Source: Candidatus Hermodarchaeota archaeon
Lineage (GTDB): Archaea > Asgardarchaeota > Lokiarchaeia > Sigyniarchaeales > SOKP01
Assembly (NCBI GenBank): GCA_048885525.1
Contig: JBHLLP010000021.1
Location: forward strand, 1 to 58,409
Direction: 5' to 3'
DNA length: 58,409 nt
Positions 1-9,384 of this stretch are shown here, piece after piece; within the stretch, counting starts at the first letter, position 1; each line of letters starts with the position of its first letter. Position numbers and translations under genes: made by a program. The notes under the pieces are model-generated. The model was given only the letters and a program-made list of their open reading frames with translations, did not search any database and was not told the DNA's origin.

Positions 1-53
1 AAAACAGAATTTTAGAAGATCCTACTATAGATCTTAAACTAAATGAAAATTCT

Positions 54-839
54 TTGCATAAATTCTACAATTTTCCAAAATACTACGATAAGGCTTTTAC
101 TAGAGATATAAATAGTGATATATCTTTTTTCAAAAAGTGTTTTCAAGATTATTCAGATGTTGAAGTCAAACGAGTCCTTGAGCCTGCTTGTGGTCCAGGT
201 ATGTTCTTAGAAATTCTACCAGAATATGGATATTATGCTTTAGGATATGATTTAAGTCCAGCAATGGTCGAATATACTAAAGAAAAACTTAAAAAATCTG
301 GAATTAATATCAACCAAGCTGATGCTATTCAAGGAAATATGACACACATGAAATTTGATGAAAAATTTGACGCTGCTTTTATCTGTATAAATAGTTTGGG
401 ATATTTAAGAAATGAAACTGATATTTCTTCACATTTTAAAGTTATGGCTGAGTCCTTAAAAACAGGTGGGATTTATGTTGTTGAAATAAGTTGTAAATGC
501 GATGATATTAGGAATGAAAAAAAGTTTGATGATACCTGGTATGTTAAAGAAGAAAATTTTGATTTAGAATTAACTTGGGCAATCAATTGGTATGATTTGG
601 AGCATAGAATCAGACATGTAGACTTTCATATGAATATCAATGATAATGGAAAAAGATTTGAGGTTGACGAAGCTCATGAGCTTCGCTTATGGATATTTGA
701 TGAATTCAAAAATTTTTCGAAAGCGGGTGGATTTGAAATTGTAGGAATCTACAATCAGAGTTATGAAAAAATAGCTGAAAATCTCCCTATTACTGGAGAG
801 TTAGGTGCATTATTTTTCATTTTGAAAAAGGTAGTTTAA
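54..839 (+). CDS. Class I SAM-dependent methyltransferase
   Basis: VLEPACGPG motif I, GYDLSPAM motif, FDAAFICINS post-II motif; TTG start. Confidence 0.88.
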   Translation: MHKFYNFPKYYDKAFTRDINSDISFFKKCFQDYSDVEVKRVLEPACGPGMFLEILPEYGYYALGYDLSPAMVEYTKEKLKKSGININQADAIQGNMTHMKFDEKFDAAFICINSLGYLRNETDISSHFKVMAESLKTGGIYVVEISCKCDDIRNEKKFDDTWYVKEENFDLELTWAINWYDLEHRIRHVDFHMNINDNGKRFEVDEAHELRLWIFDEFKNFSKAGGFEIVGIYNQSYEKIAENLPITGELGALFFILKKVV

Positions 840-918
840 ATATTAATTTTAAATATCCCTCTCAAAAAATTATCTTTTTATTAATAATAATTTTAAACAT
901 TAAAAAACGAAATTCGGG

Positions 919-1308
919 TTAAGATTCATAATTAGCAAGATTATCGAGATACCATTTATACAATGAGGGAATATCTTCTATTTTACTAAACTTTATCGAT
1001 TTATCAAGTAAAACAATAAAGATTTTATTGTTCCTTCTGATTGAATTCAAAGTTTTATCATCCTTGATCTCTACTAATTTGTTATTTTTTAGATCGATAA
1101 AGAACATTAAATAATGTTCAATGAATACTTTTGCTGAGTCCAATTCATACTCTATTTCTTCTTTAAGATCCCTAATAAAAAGTTTTAAAGTCTTTTCTAT
1201 ATTCATCCAACCCTGAATATAACTGCTTTGGGTCTTATTTAGAACAAAGTATTTCCCAATTATATCTTTTGAATGCTGTTTATTCACATTTATTTCATTT
1301 TTTGTCAA
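919..1308 (-). CDS. Hypothetical protein
   Basis: 129-aa ORF with GAGAGGA purine tract upstream of TTG; no recognisable motif. Confidence 0.6.
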   Translation of the reverse strand: MTKNEINVNKQHSKDIIGKYFVLNKTQSSYIQGWMNIEKTLKLFIRDLKEEIEYELDSAKVFIEHYLMFFIDLKNNKLVEIKDDKTLNSIRRNNKIFIVLLDKSIKFSKIEDIPSLYKWYLDNLANYES

Positions 1309-1483
1309 AAAAATCCTCTCCTAATTTTGCTTTTATAATATTAAGAAAATGAATTCTTCGAGAAATATTTAACCATTTTTTTTTAGTTATGATATTAAGC
1401 TTCCCCTGTGGCATACTTAACTCTTCTTGTTTTGGTTATATTCGAAATATAAAATTGTTGGAAAAAATTTTAAAAGTACCTAA

Positions 1484-1933
1484 TTAAATTAAACCTTTAA
1501 CAGATCTCTTTTTTATCATTTTTACCACTTTTTTACTTAAGAATCCAGTGGAAAAGATTTCTGCGAATTCTAATCGGTCAAGATATAGTCTTAAACTTTT
1601 AATTTTATAATTTTGATATTCTAAGACTTCTTCTATCTTGACACTTAATTTCTTTTCTTTGTTAAAAGTTATATTTATGATGAATTCTTCAAAAAAGATA
1701 TTTTTCTCAACCATAATAATAATAGTCTCGAAGCTTATTGTATCGAATAAGTTAAAAAACCAATTAAGCCATTTTTTTGGGTTAGAATACCCTCTTAGTT
1801 TTAATCCAAGAATTTTAATTTCACAATCTAGAGAGAAATAGTGGAGCAGTTTATCTACATTTTGATTTTATAAGTCATTATCAAGTTCTCCCGCAAGTTT
1901 AACAATTTTATCTTTATCTTGATAATCATTCAT
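1484..1933 (-). pseudogene. NTF2/SnoaL-like protein interrupted by a premature TAA
   Basis: ATG at 1933 reads MNDYQDKDKIVKLAGELDNDL*NQNVDKLLHYFSLDCEI... in the same frame as the 1484..1714 ORF; single in-frame TAA at 1868-1870; pattern resembles SnoaL-like folds. Confidence 0.6.
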
Positions 1934-2128
1934 TTCAGAATTGAAAATTTTTTTATATTAAGGAAATTTTATATTTAAAATAGATTATAAATATAGACCT
2001 TCAGGTATTTTGGATATTTTTTACCAATGCTTCATATAATTATTAATATTTAGAATTTGTGTAGGCTTTTTAATATTAAAAGTTACTAATCTAAATGGTA
2101 GAATACAAATAAAACAAGGAAAATTAAA

Positions 2129-2524
2129 ATGTCAGATGAAGAGCTTAGGGATCAAATCAATAAAATAGCATTGGAAATAGAGAAAGTTGATGAAACCGCA
2201 AAAAAAAAAGAAGCTTATGTTAAAAAGAGACTTGATGAGGAATTTGATCCAAAAATTGAAGAAATTGAATCACAACTGCAGAGAGAACACGCAATACTTG
2301 ATGAAATATTAAAAAGCATTGATAAATTAGAAGCAAATAAGAGAGAAATGATTCCCTTTGTAAAAGACTTAGAAAAAAAATATAACAACTTGAAGAAGGA
2401 AAAGGATAAAACCTTTAATGAACAATTAAAAGCAATTTCTAAAGAAAAGAAAATGAAATCAAAAGTGATTGACCGAAATATTAAATTAATTGAAAAAGAG
2501 TTAAAATTAGCTGATAAGAAATAA
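2129..2524 (+). CDS. Coiled-coil protein (paralog of 13142..13483)
   Basis: K/E-rich heptad pattern; AKKKEAYV...EFDPKIEEIE matches AKKKETYI...EYAPKLDEIE. Confidence 0.8.
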   Translation: MSDEELRDQINKIALEIEKVDETAKKKEAYVKKRLDEEFDPKIEEIESQLQREHAILDEILKSIDKLEANKREMIPFVKDLEKKYNNLKKEKDKTFNEQLKAISKEKKMKSKVIDRNIKLIEKELKLADKK

Positions 2525-2573
2525 CCTATCAAACTTATATTAATAAAAGTATCAAAGCATAAAAAAAATTATA

Positions 2574-2884
2574 ATGAACCTCCAAAATTTAGAAGATAAT
2601 ATAAGAAAGGAGATTCATATACTTCGTAATTTAGGGGAGCATGCAAGAGAGGGTAGTGATCATCTTTATTATAGATCTATAAGTAAGTTTACTCTAGGTA
2701 GGTAAAGAAGGTGAAGTATCAAGAAAAACAGGTTTTTGAAATAATATGTAAATATGATATTTATACAGAAACGGAATTCTTACACACTCTAGATATGGAT
2801 AACCTTTATACTGAGCATTATAAAGACAAATTCATTTTTAATAATAATTTCGCTATTTTAGAAGTTATAGATATGCGTAAATAG
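2574..2884 (+). pseudogene. Frameshifted hypothetical gene
   Basis: ATG 2574 MNLQNLEDNIRKEIH...KFTLGR* continues in another frame as VKKVKYQEKQVFEIICKYDIYTETEF...MRK* (TAG 2882-2884); the shift coincides with the tandem GGTA-GGTA at ~2697-2704. Confidence 0.5.
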
Positions 2885-3375
2885 GAATAATATTAAACAC
2901 CTGCTATGTTATAAGTCTAGTTAAAGAAATAATTCTAGAAAATAGATTAATATAAGTTAGGTATTAAGCGTTAGGCATTAAATTAGATAAACTGAAAAAT
3001 AATATTTGTTAATCATTTCTGCTTTAAAGGAAATAGATATTAGATTCAAAAAATTAAAATTGTGTATACACAGTAAAAACCTGACAGCAAAATTTAATAA
3101 TTTTATATATTAGATAATTTTATAAACCTTATTGTAAGTTATGGTTTTTAAATTCTTAGAATGATGCTTTATTTTTCAATGGTTAATTTTTAATTTCTAA
3201 ACATAAAGGAACTTAAAATTGAATGGTATAAAACGGCTTTTAAGTGTAAGATACGTTTAATTTATTTAACTATAATTAATACAAAGTAGAAAGCTTTAAA
3301 TATAAATCTAACAATAATTATCAAAAATTTAATTATTATATAAATTTAAAAAAATATAAGGAGACGTATAGAATT

Positions 3376-3489
3376 ATGGCAAAAAAGAAAGCACCTAAAA
3401 AGAAGGCTCCCGCTAAAAAAGCAGCTCCTAAAAAGAAGGCTCCCGCTAAAAAAGCAGCTCCTAAAAAGAAGGCTCCCGCTAAAAAATAA
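3376..3489 (+). CDS. 37-aa histone H1-tail-like K/A/P-rich micro-protein (MAKKKAPKKKAPAKKAAPKKKAPAKKAAPKKKAPAKK)
   Basis: Not in ORF track; AAGGAGA RBS at ~3358-3364, ATG 3376, TAA 3487-3489, T-tract at ~3514-3522. Confidence 0.8.
   Translation: MAKKKAPKKKAPAKKAAPKKKAPAKKAAPKKKAPAKK
3394..3486 (+). repeat. 33-bp in-frame tandem repeat (CCTAAAAAGAAGGCTCCCGCTAAAAAAGCAGCT, ~2.8 copies)
   Basis: Exact repeat copies visible, encoding PKKKAPAKKAA. Confidence 0.9.
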
Positions 3490-3683
3490 ATTTAATATAT
3501 TTAAGATTCTACATTTTTTTTTAATTTTATAATATTTCTAATGAGTTTTTACTAAAATTCTAATTCATTCAAACGGTACTTTTTTTCCAATTAAAAGTAC
3601 ATATTTCTATTGAAGTATCATATTTGAAACTATAAATATATTGAATTCATAATTAAAATATCTTAATAAAAAATATATTAATC

Positions 3684-4475
3684 ATGAAGACCACAATTTA
3701 TTTCTTTACGGGAACGGGCAATTCTTTAAAAATTGCTAAGGATCTTGTAGAAAGATTAGAAGATTCGGAACTTGTACCTATAGCAAAGGTTTGGGAAATG
3801 GAGAAAATTGAATCGATGAGCGATAATGTCGGTTTTATTTTTCCACTATATTATTCGGGTTTGCCTAAAATAGTCTATGATTTTTTAATCAAAGTAGATC
3901 TTAGTAAATCTAATTATTTTTTTACTATTATAACCAGTACAGGAGATATTAATGAGCAGCCTATACAACAGTTGGGGAAAATCTTGGAATCGAAATCAAA
4001 AAAACTTAATGCTGGATTTTATATCACAATGCCCAATAATTATATAATTGGATTTAATGCTCATCCAGAAGAAAAACAAAAAGAGTTTTTCGATAAAGCA
4101 ACAAGAGAAGTCGAAAATGTTTTCAAGATTGTAAAAAATGAAAAAAACAACATTACCCAAGACATTCTTGAAAAAGATGTAAGTAGAAGTGAAAAGGTTA
4201 ATCAGACTTTTCGAGAGGAAGTCCATGAAAGCGATAAATCATTCTTAGCTGATGATAATTGTAATAGTTGTGGATTATGTGCGGATGTTTGTCCAGTAAA
4301 TAATATAAAAATTAAAGAAGGTAAACCTCAATGGCAACATAAATGTCAACTGTGTTTGGCATGCATTAATTTTTGCCCCGAGGAAGCTATTCAATTTGAA
4401 AGAAAAACTTTAAACACGGGAAGATATCATCATCCTGAAATTACACTTCAAGAAATAATAAACCAGAAAAAATAG
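3684..4475 (+). CDS. EFR1-family ferredoxin (flavodoxin domain + 2x[4Fe-4S])
   Basis: YFFTGTGNS flavodoxin loop; CNSCGLCADVCP and CQLCLACINFCP; RYHHP C-terminus. Confidence 0.9.
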   Translation: MKTTIYFFTGTGNSLKIAKDLVERLEDSELVPIAKVWEMEKIESMSDNVGFIFPLYYSGLPKIVYDFLIKVDLSKSNYFFTIITSTGDINEQPIQQLGKILESKSKKLNAGFYITMPNNYIIGFNAHPEEKQKEFFDKATREVENVFKIVKNEKNNITQDILEKDVSRSEKVNQTFREEVHESDKSFLADDNCNSCGLCADVCPVNNIKIKEGKPQWQHKCQLCLACINFCPEEAIQFERKTLNTGRYHHPEITLQEIINQKK

Positions 4476-4614
4476 ACCTGGTGCTTAAAATAATTAAAAA
4501 CTTAATTAATGTACGTTGCGAACACTATAAAATAAGCTGAAAGATAAAAATTAAAAATGATTTACATTTTATAGTCAAAATAGGTTATAATTAAACTAGG
4601 TATTTCAAATAATT

Positions 4615-4998
4615 ATGATTAAATCAATCTTGGTTTGTGATTCTCAGGGTTATCCGTTCTATTCCAAGAAGTTTGATCCAAATATGGAGGAGATAGATCC
4701 TACGATTTTTAGTGGTTTAATATCAGCTATCGGAGCTATTGGGAAAGAATTATTTAAAGAGGAAATTGCTACTATTTCTTATGGTGAGAAATATGAAATA
4801 ACGATTGTTACGAGAGAACTACTTGGGGATCAAAAGGTTATTTATTTTGTTTTTTTAGTTGAGGGGGTTCCTGATCTTAAATTAATGAAACAACTAAGTA
4901 CCAATATATTTATCGAAACTAAGCATGTGTTAAAAGATCCCTCTGCTGCAAAGTTGGATATTAAGGAAAAGGTAGATCGAATATTGGCAAATATATAA
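4615..4998 (+). CDS. Longin/roadblock-like domain protein
   Basis: ILVCDSQGYPFYSK...IDPTIFSGLISAI pattern typical of Asgard longin-like proteins. Confidence 0.65.
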   Translation: MIKSILVCDSQGYPFYSKKFDPNMEEIDPTIFSGLISAIGAIGKELFKEEIATISYGEKYEITIVTRELLGDQKVIYFVFLVEGVPDLKLMKQLSTNIFIETKHVLKDPSAAKLDIKEKVDRILANI

Positions 4999-5138
4999 TT
5001 ATTCTGGTTTTATTTTAAATTATTTAGAATTCTAAAACTATTCATAATTTTTAGTCTTTTCTGCACAAGTTATTGATTCTTATGGTTCTTATACATTTAT
5101 GAGAATATTTATAAAGTAAAAAATCAAAATCACTAATC

Positions 5139-7205
5139 ATGAAATCTATTAAAAATATTTATAAAAAATTCAAATCAGAGCTCGTCTTATTAACGGTGAT
5201 GTTTTTATTCTTCTTCCAGTTAGTTGGTGATTTAATTGAATCGATTTATGTGTTAGAACTTTTAGGGATGGGAATGGACGAGAAAGTACTTGGTTTATTT
5301 TTTATACTAACACCAGTTATCATGTTAGCGTTTAGACGTAAGATTCCGAATTATTTCTACGAAGCTACAATTGTAGTAACCATAGTTGCACGGCTAATAT
5401 CTCCTTTTTTAAATTCTGCGACTAAAATCATAGTTTCAGGATTAGGTGTCGGATGTTTTATGTTATTTCTTCCTTCAAATTACTCACAAGGAATAAAACA
5501 TAATAGCATAGAAAATGAGGAAAAGCTAAGTCTAAAATTTGGTGCGGGGCTTGCTTCAGCTATTTTACTTTCAATTACTTTTAGAACGCTTAATTCTACA
5601 GCAGATATTTCAACCTATGGAGTATTTCAGATAATTGGATGGGTTCTTGCAATAGTCGTTTTTCTAATTATAATTAATCAGTCTAAAGAAAAACAAAGCG
5701 GTAAATCTAGGAATAATCTTAATGAGAGTTCTCCTATATCTCAAGGAGAAGAGGGTTCAAAAACAAAGCAACGTTTTAAAGGGGTTAAATTACTGTCACT
5801 TGGGCTTTTTAGTGTTTTAACTCTCAATTATTTTGCTTTTACTAGTCCAACTGTTATTTCAAGATGGACGGAAGGAGATTATATAGCAATAACAATTGCT
5901 ATAGCAGTGGTGATTGCAATAACTACGTTCATATTAACATTTAAACCAAACATTCTTAGTAAACTCAATTCACGCATACTTTGGGTATGGAATGGTATAT
6001 TTGTGCTTTCACTAGTTTTAACTATTGCTGTCCATACATTTCCATTTCCTGCTAATCCTACTTCTAATACAGTAATTATAAATCGACCAATCGGTTGGTA
6101 CTATTATATACCATTAGTAATAATGATAGGATTATTACCGATAATTTTTATTGATTTTACGCTTCTAAGTCGAAAACTTATTAATCAAAAACCTAGTCCA
6201 TCAAAGTTGGGAGCTGGTTTCGCAACAGGTGGTCTATTTTTAATGTTGATGTCGCTTATACTTATTTTTACGAACGTTTGGGGCTATGTGGAACCAGTAA
6301 GTAATATATTTCGAAATTTATTTTGGCTTCCTTTCTTACTAGTTGGTTTAGCAATCCCTATTATGGGAAAAGCCATTTTTAAAGAAAGATTATTAGAATT
6401 CAAGTCACTATTTACCAATGTACGGGATAAAAAAATTGTAGCTTCTTTCTTGGTATTATTATTAATAGGAACTAGCGTTTCAGCTTTAGTTTGGGAATTA
6501 CGTCCTAAAATACAAGATACAAGCGGGATAACCTCTATTACTGTAATGTCATATAATATACGACAAGGAGTAGATTTTTGGGGAGATAAAAATTTTGACA
6601 ATCAATTAGCAATAATCAAAGCAGTTAATCCCGATATTATTGGTTTACAAGAATCTGACACTGCAAGAATTTCCTATAATAATATGGATATTACCCGTTA
6701 TTTCGCTACTCATTTGAATTATTATTGTTTTTATGGTCCAAGAACAGTAACTGGAACATTTGGGGCAGCAATTTTATCTCGATATCCAATTTTGAATGCA
6801 AAAACTTTTTTTAGCTATAGTAATGTGGATGAAATTGGTACAACAGAAGTTCAAATCAGAATAGGAGCGGATATTTTTAATATTTATGTAAATCACCCTG
6901 ATGGAAATGCTGATGCCAAAACAGCCCATATGCAAGATTTATTAGATCATATTAGTGGTAAAACTAACGTAATTTCTTTAGGGGATTTCAATTTTAGAAA
7001 TGATACCGTCTATTATAGTAATATAGTGGCAGAGTTACAAGATACGTGGGTAAATGCATCCTCTCGAGGAGTGATTGGTACTTATGATTTAGCGACTCGG
7101 ATAGACTATATTTTTGTATCTCCTACTTTTACAGTATTGGAAACGCAATATATTAATAATTTCGAATCAGATCATCCCGCTGTTTGGACTGAAATTCAAT
7201 TTTAA
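5139..7205 (+). CDS. Polytopic membrane protein with C-terminal EEP (DNase I-like) domain; Cwh43/PGAP2IP-like
   Basis: Many TM helices, then VMSYNI, DIIGLQESDTAR, GAAILSRYPI, LGDFN, RIDYIF, SDHPAV. Confidence 0.8.
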   Translation: MKSIKNIYKKFKSELVLLTVMFLFFFQLVGDLIESIYVLELLGMGMDEKVLGLFFILTPVIMLAFRRKIPNYFYEATIVVTIVARLISPFLNSATKIIVSGLGVGCFMLFLPSNYSQGIKHNSIENEEKLSLKFGAGLASAILLSITFRTLNSTADISTYGVFQIIGWVLAIVVFLIIINQSKEKQSGKSRNNLNESSPISQGEEGSKTKQRFKGVKLLSLGLFSVLTLNYFAFTSPTVISRWTEGDYIAITIAIAVVIAITTFILTFKPNILSKLNSRILWVWNGIFVLSLVLTIAVHTFPFPANPTSNTVIINRPIGWYYYIPLVIMIGLLPIIFIDFTLLSRKLINQKPSPSKLGAGFATGGLFLMLMSLILIFTNVWGYVEPVSNIFRNLFWLPFLLVGLAIPIMGKAIFKERLLEFKSLFTNVRDKKIVASFLVLLLIGTSVSALVWELRPKIQDTSGITSITVMSYNIRQGVDFWGDKNFDNQLAIIKAVNPDIIGLQESDTARISYNNMDITRYFATHLNYYCFYGPRTVTGTFGAAILSRYPILNAKTFFSYSNVDEIGTTEVQIRIGADIFNIYVNHPDGNADAKTAHMQDLLDHISGKTNVISLGDFNFRNDTVYYSNIVAELQDTWVNASSRGVIGTYDLATRIDYIFVSPTFTVLETQYINNFESDHPAVWTEIQF

Positions 7206-7328
7206 TTACTGTTTTTTATTTTTTTCCTAATAATAGGCTATTAGAATGAGATTTTATTGATAATAGGACAATCTACTGAAGAATTTATCAATTAATTATT
7301 TGTAAATGGTTATAAAATAAATCTTCTA

Positions 7329-8219
7329 CTAGAACCATTTAACTTTAAGAGGTTTTCGGGTGGGGATTCTGAAATAATGTGCTTTAGGATACCCTATGGC
7401 TAATGTGTATCCCACAACATGTTTCATTGGTATTTTTACAATTTTAGCAATTGATTTAAAATTATTAAAGAGATTAGTTATATATCCTAATGAACATGTA
7501 CCTAATTCTAAGGTTTCAGCGGCTAACATTATCTGACCTGCAGCTAATGCACAATTTTCTTCTAATGATAAAGCATCTTTAGGAGAATGGATTATAATAA
7601 TTTCAGCGTCCCAACGCCATACTTCTTCACCCTGCGTTATCCTTTTTAATCTTCTTTTAAACGAAGGAATAACTTTTTCAAGTTTCTTTATAAATTTTGG
7701 AGGGAATGTAGATTCTAAAGTTTTTCTTCCTTGAGGATCTTCAAAAGTTTCCACAAGATTCTTAACCAGATTGTTTAAATCATTAGAAATTTTTTTTAAT
7801 ATCTCACGATCTTGAACAACAGTAAAATAAACATTTTCTTGATTAGATGCTGTAGCAGAATATCTCCCTGCTACGTTTAAAATTTTCTCAATTAATTCTC
7901 TTGGAACAGATTTATCTTTAAATTGTCTTCGAGACCTCCTTGTTTGAAAAAGATTTGATATTGACTCAAAAGTTGGTAAATCTTCCTTCTTAGGAACATC
8001 TCTAAGAAACTTATCTTTATGAGTTTTTAAACGTATTGCGTGAGTGGGACAAACAGCGACACATTTTCCACATTCAATACAATATTCATCTGCTTCATCA
8101 TTTAAACATAAAACACCTGAATCAAAATAATAATAATGACACTCATCTACACAGGCGTTACATTTAGTACAAGAATCTATATCTACAATTATTTTAGAAT
8201 TTTCTAACATAAGAATCAT
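7329..8219 (-). CDS. Nitroreductase family protein with N-terminal 4Fe-4S dicluster
   Basis: CTKCNACVDEC, CIECGKCVAVCP, RRSRRQF, LAAETLELGTC, LAIGYP. Confidence 0.9.
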   Translation of the reverse strand: MILMLENSKIIVDIDSCTKCNACVDECHYYYFDSGVLCLNDEADEYCIECGKCVAVCPTHAIRLKTHKDKFLRDVPKKEDLPTFESISNLFQTRRSRRQFKDKSVPRELIEKILNVAGRYSATASNQENVYFTVVQDREILKKISNDLNNLVKNLVETFEDPQGRKTLESTFPPKFIKKLEKVIPSFKRRLKRITQGEEVWRWDAEIIIIHSPKDALSLEENCALAAGQIMLAAETLELGTCSLGYITNLFNNFKSIAKIVKIPMKHVVGYTLAIGYPKAHYFRIPTRKPLKVKWF

Positions 8220-8421
8220 TAATCCAAATTAGTTATATCATTAAATCAAAAGTTTAAATCTTACTTAAAGTTGTATTTACAATATTAATACAATATCTTA
8301 GCATAGTATAGTATTAATCCTTTAGCATTATTCCATATATTTTATTAATTAAATATAAATACGCACCATAAATTCTATTTTAGAATCTTTTTTTCTAATG
8401 AAAATAAAAATTAAATAATAT

Positions 8422-8631
8422 GTGATAAGATTTATGGCGGAATTTAAAGTAATTACGCATATTTTACCATTAAAAGAAGCTAAAAAAGATTTCCATCCAT
8501 ATGAATTTGAAAAACTGGTTAATCAAGATCTTCAAGATGGTTGGAAAATCATAAATTGTGATGGAGTATTTATGGGTGGTGTTAGCCCTACTAATGGTAT
8601 CCATTATTGGGCATATTTAATAAAGCACTAA
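8422..8631 (+). CDS. Small hypothetical protein (DUF4177-like); start may be ATG 8434
   Basis: MAEFKVI...FEKLVNQDLQDGWKII pattern; T-tract downstream. Confidence 0.6.
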   Translation: MIRFMAEFKVITHILPLKEAKKDFHPYEFEKLVNQDLQDGWKIINCDGVFMGGVSPTNGIHYWAYLIKH

Positions 8632-8708
8632 ACAAGAACTGTAACTCTTTTTTTTTAATTTATTTAATTGTTATTAATGGTATTTCCTGAAGATATATTA
8701 ATTAAAAT

Positions 8709-9215
8709 TTATTCTTTCCACTGGTAAGTAGACTCACAATATTGATTTCCTTGCATTAAGGTTTTATTGCGTACTAATTTAAGTTTTGGGTGAAAAGCTT
8801 TTGCCATAGTATAATCAGGAAAACAGCACATAGCATAACCAAGACCTGGTTCATTCATTTCTAAAAATGTTTTAGCCCAAAGACATTTTCTAAATTTGAA
8901 TGTTAATTTATTAGAAGTATCTTCAGTAATATTAAAATCAAGGCAATGTTGCATGAATTCAGTGTTCATCTGTTCCTTGTAGATTTTCTTAAAATCTTCA
9001 AAATTAGTTATAGGTGCTTTATTTTTTAATAACCTTTTAACTAAGTTTTTACTTTTCTTTTTGTAGAGTTCTTTAATTTTCTCTAAAGCTTCAACTTGGT
9101 CCATGATTGGAGTTAAAGCTCTTATCATTTCAGTAATTCCATTAAATCTTGTTCTAAAAAAATCTTCATAAGAAATGACAAACGTTTCTTTCGATTTTGT
9201 ATCAATATCTGTCAT
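8709..9215 (-). CDS. L-2-amino-thiazoline-4-carboxylic acid hydrolase family protein
   Basis: KCLWAKTF, GYAMCCFPD, LVRNKTLMQGNQYC motifs. Confidence 0.85.
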   Translation of the reverse strand: MTDIDTKSKETFVISYEDFFRTRFNGITEMIRALTPIMDQVEALEKIKELYKKKSKNLVKRLLKNKAPITNFEDFKKIYKEQMNTEFMQHCLDFNITEDTSNKLTFKFRKCLWAKTFLEMNEPGLGYAMCCFPDYTMAKAFHPKLKLVRNKTLMQGNQYCESTYQWKE

Positions 9216-9384
9216 ATCATAAATCTCGCTTTTTTCTATGTTTTAGGAAAATAACTTATCTCATATATTTTTGGGTTCTTCATGATAGAATAATTAAGAA
9301 TTAAACTTTTTTATAATAGTTGAATAAAATGTTTTATACAGTACCTTATTTATTTAAAAAATGATAAAAAATTGAGTTATTAAA

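Noticed and set aside
2885-3360. ncRNA in the long intergenic gap
   Set aside because: Very AT-rich with no GC-rich stems or recognisable RNA motifs.
3394-3486. 33-bp repeats as a CRISPR array
   Set aside because: Direct tandem repeats without spacers, in frame within an ORF, and no cas genes.
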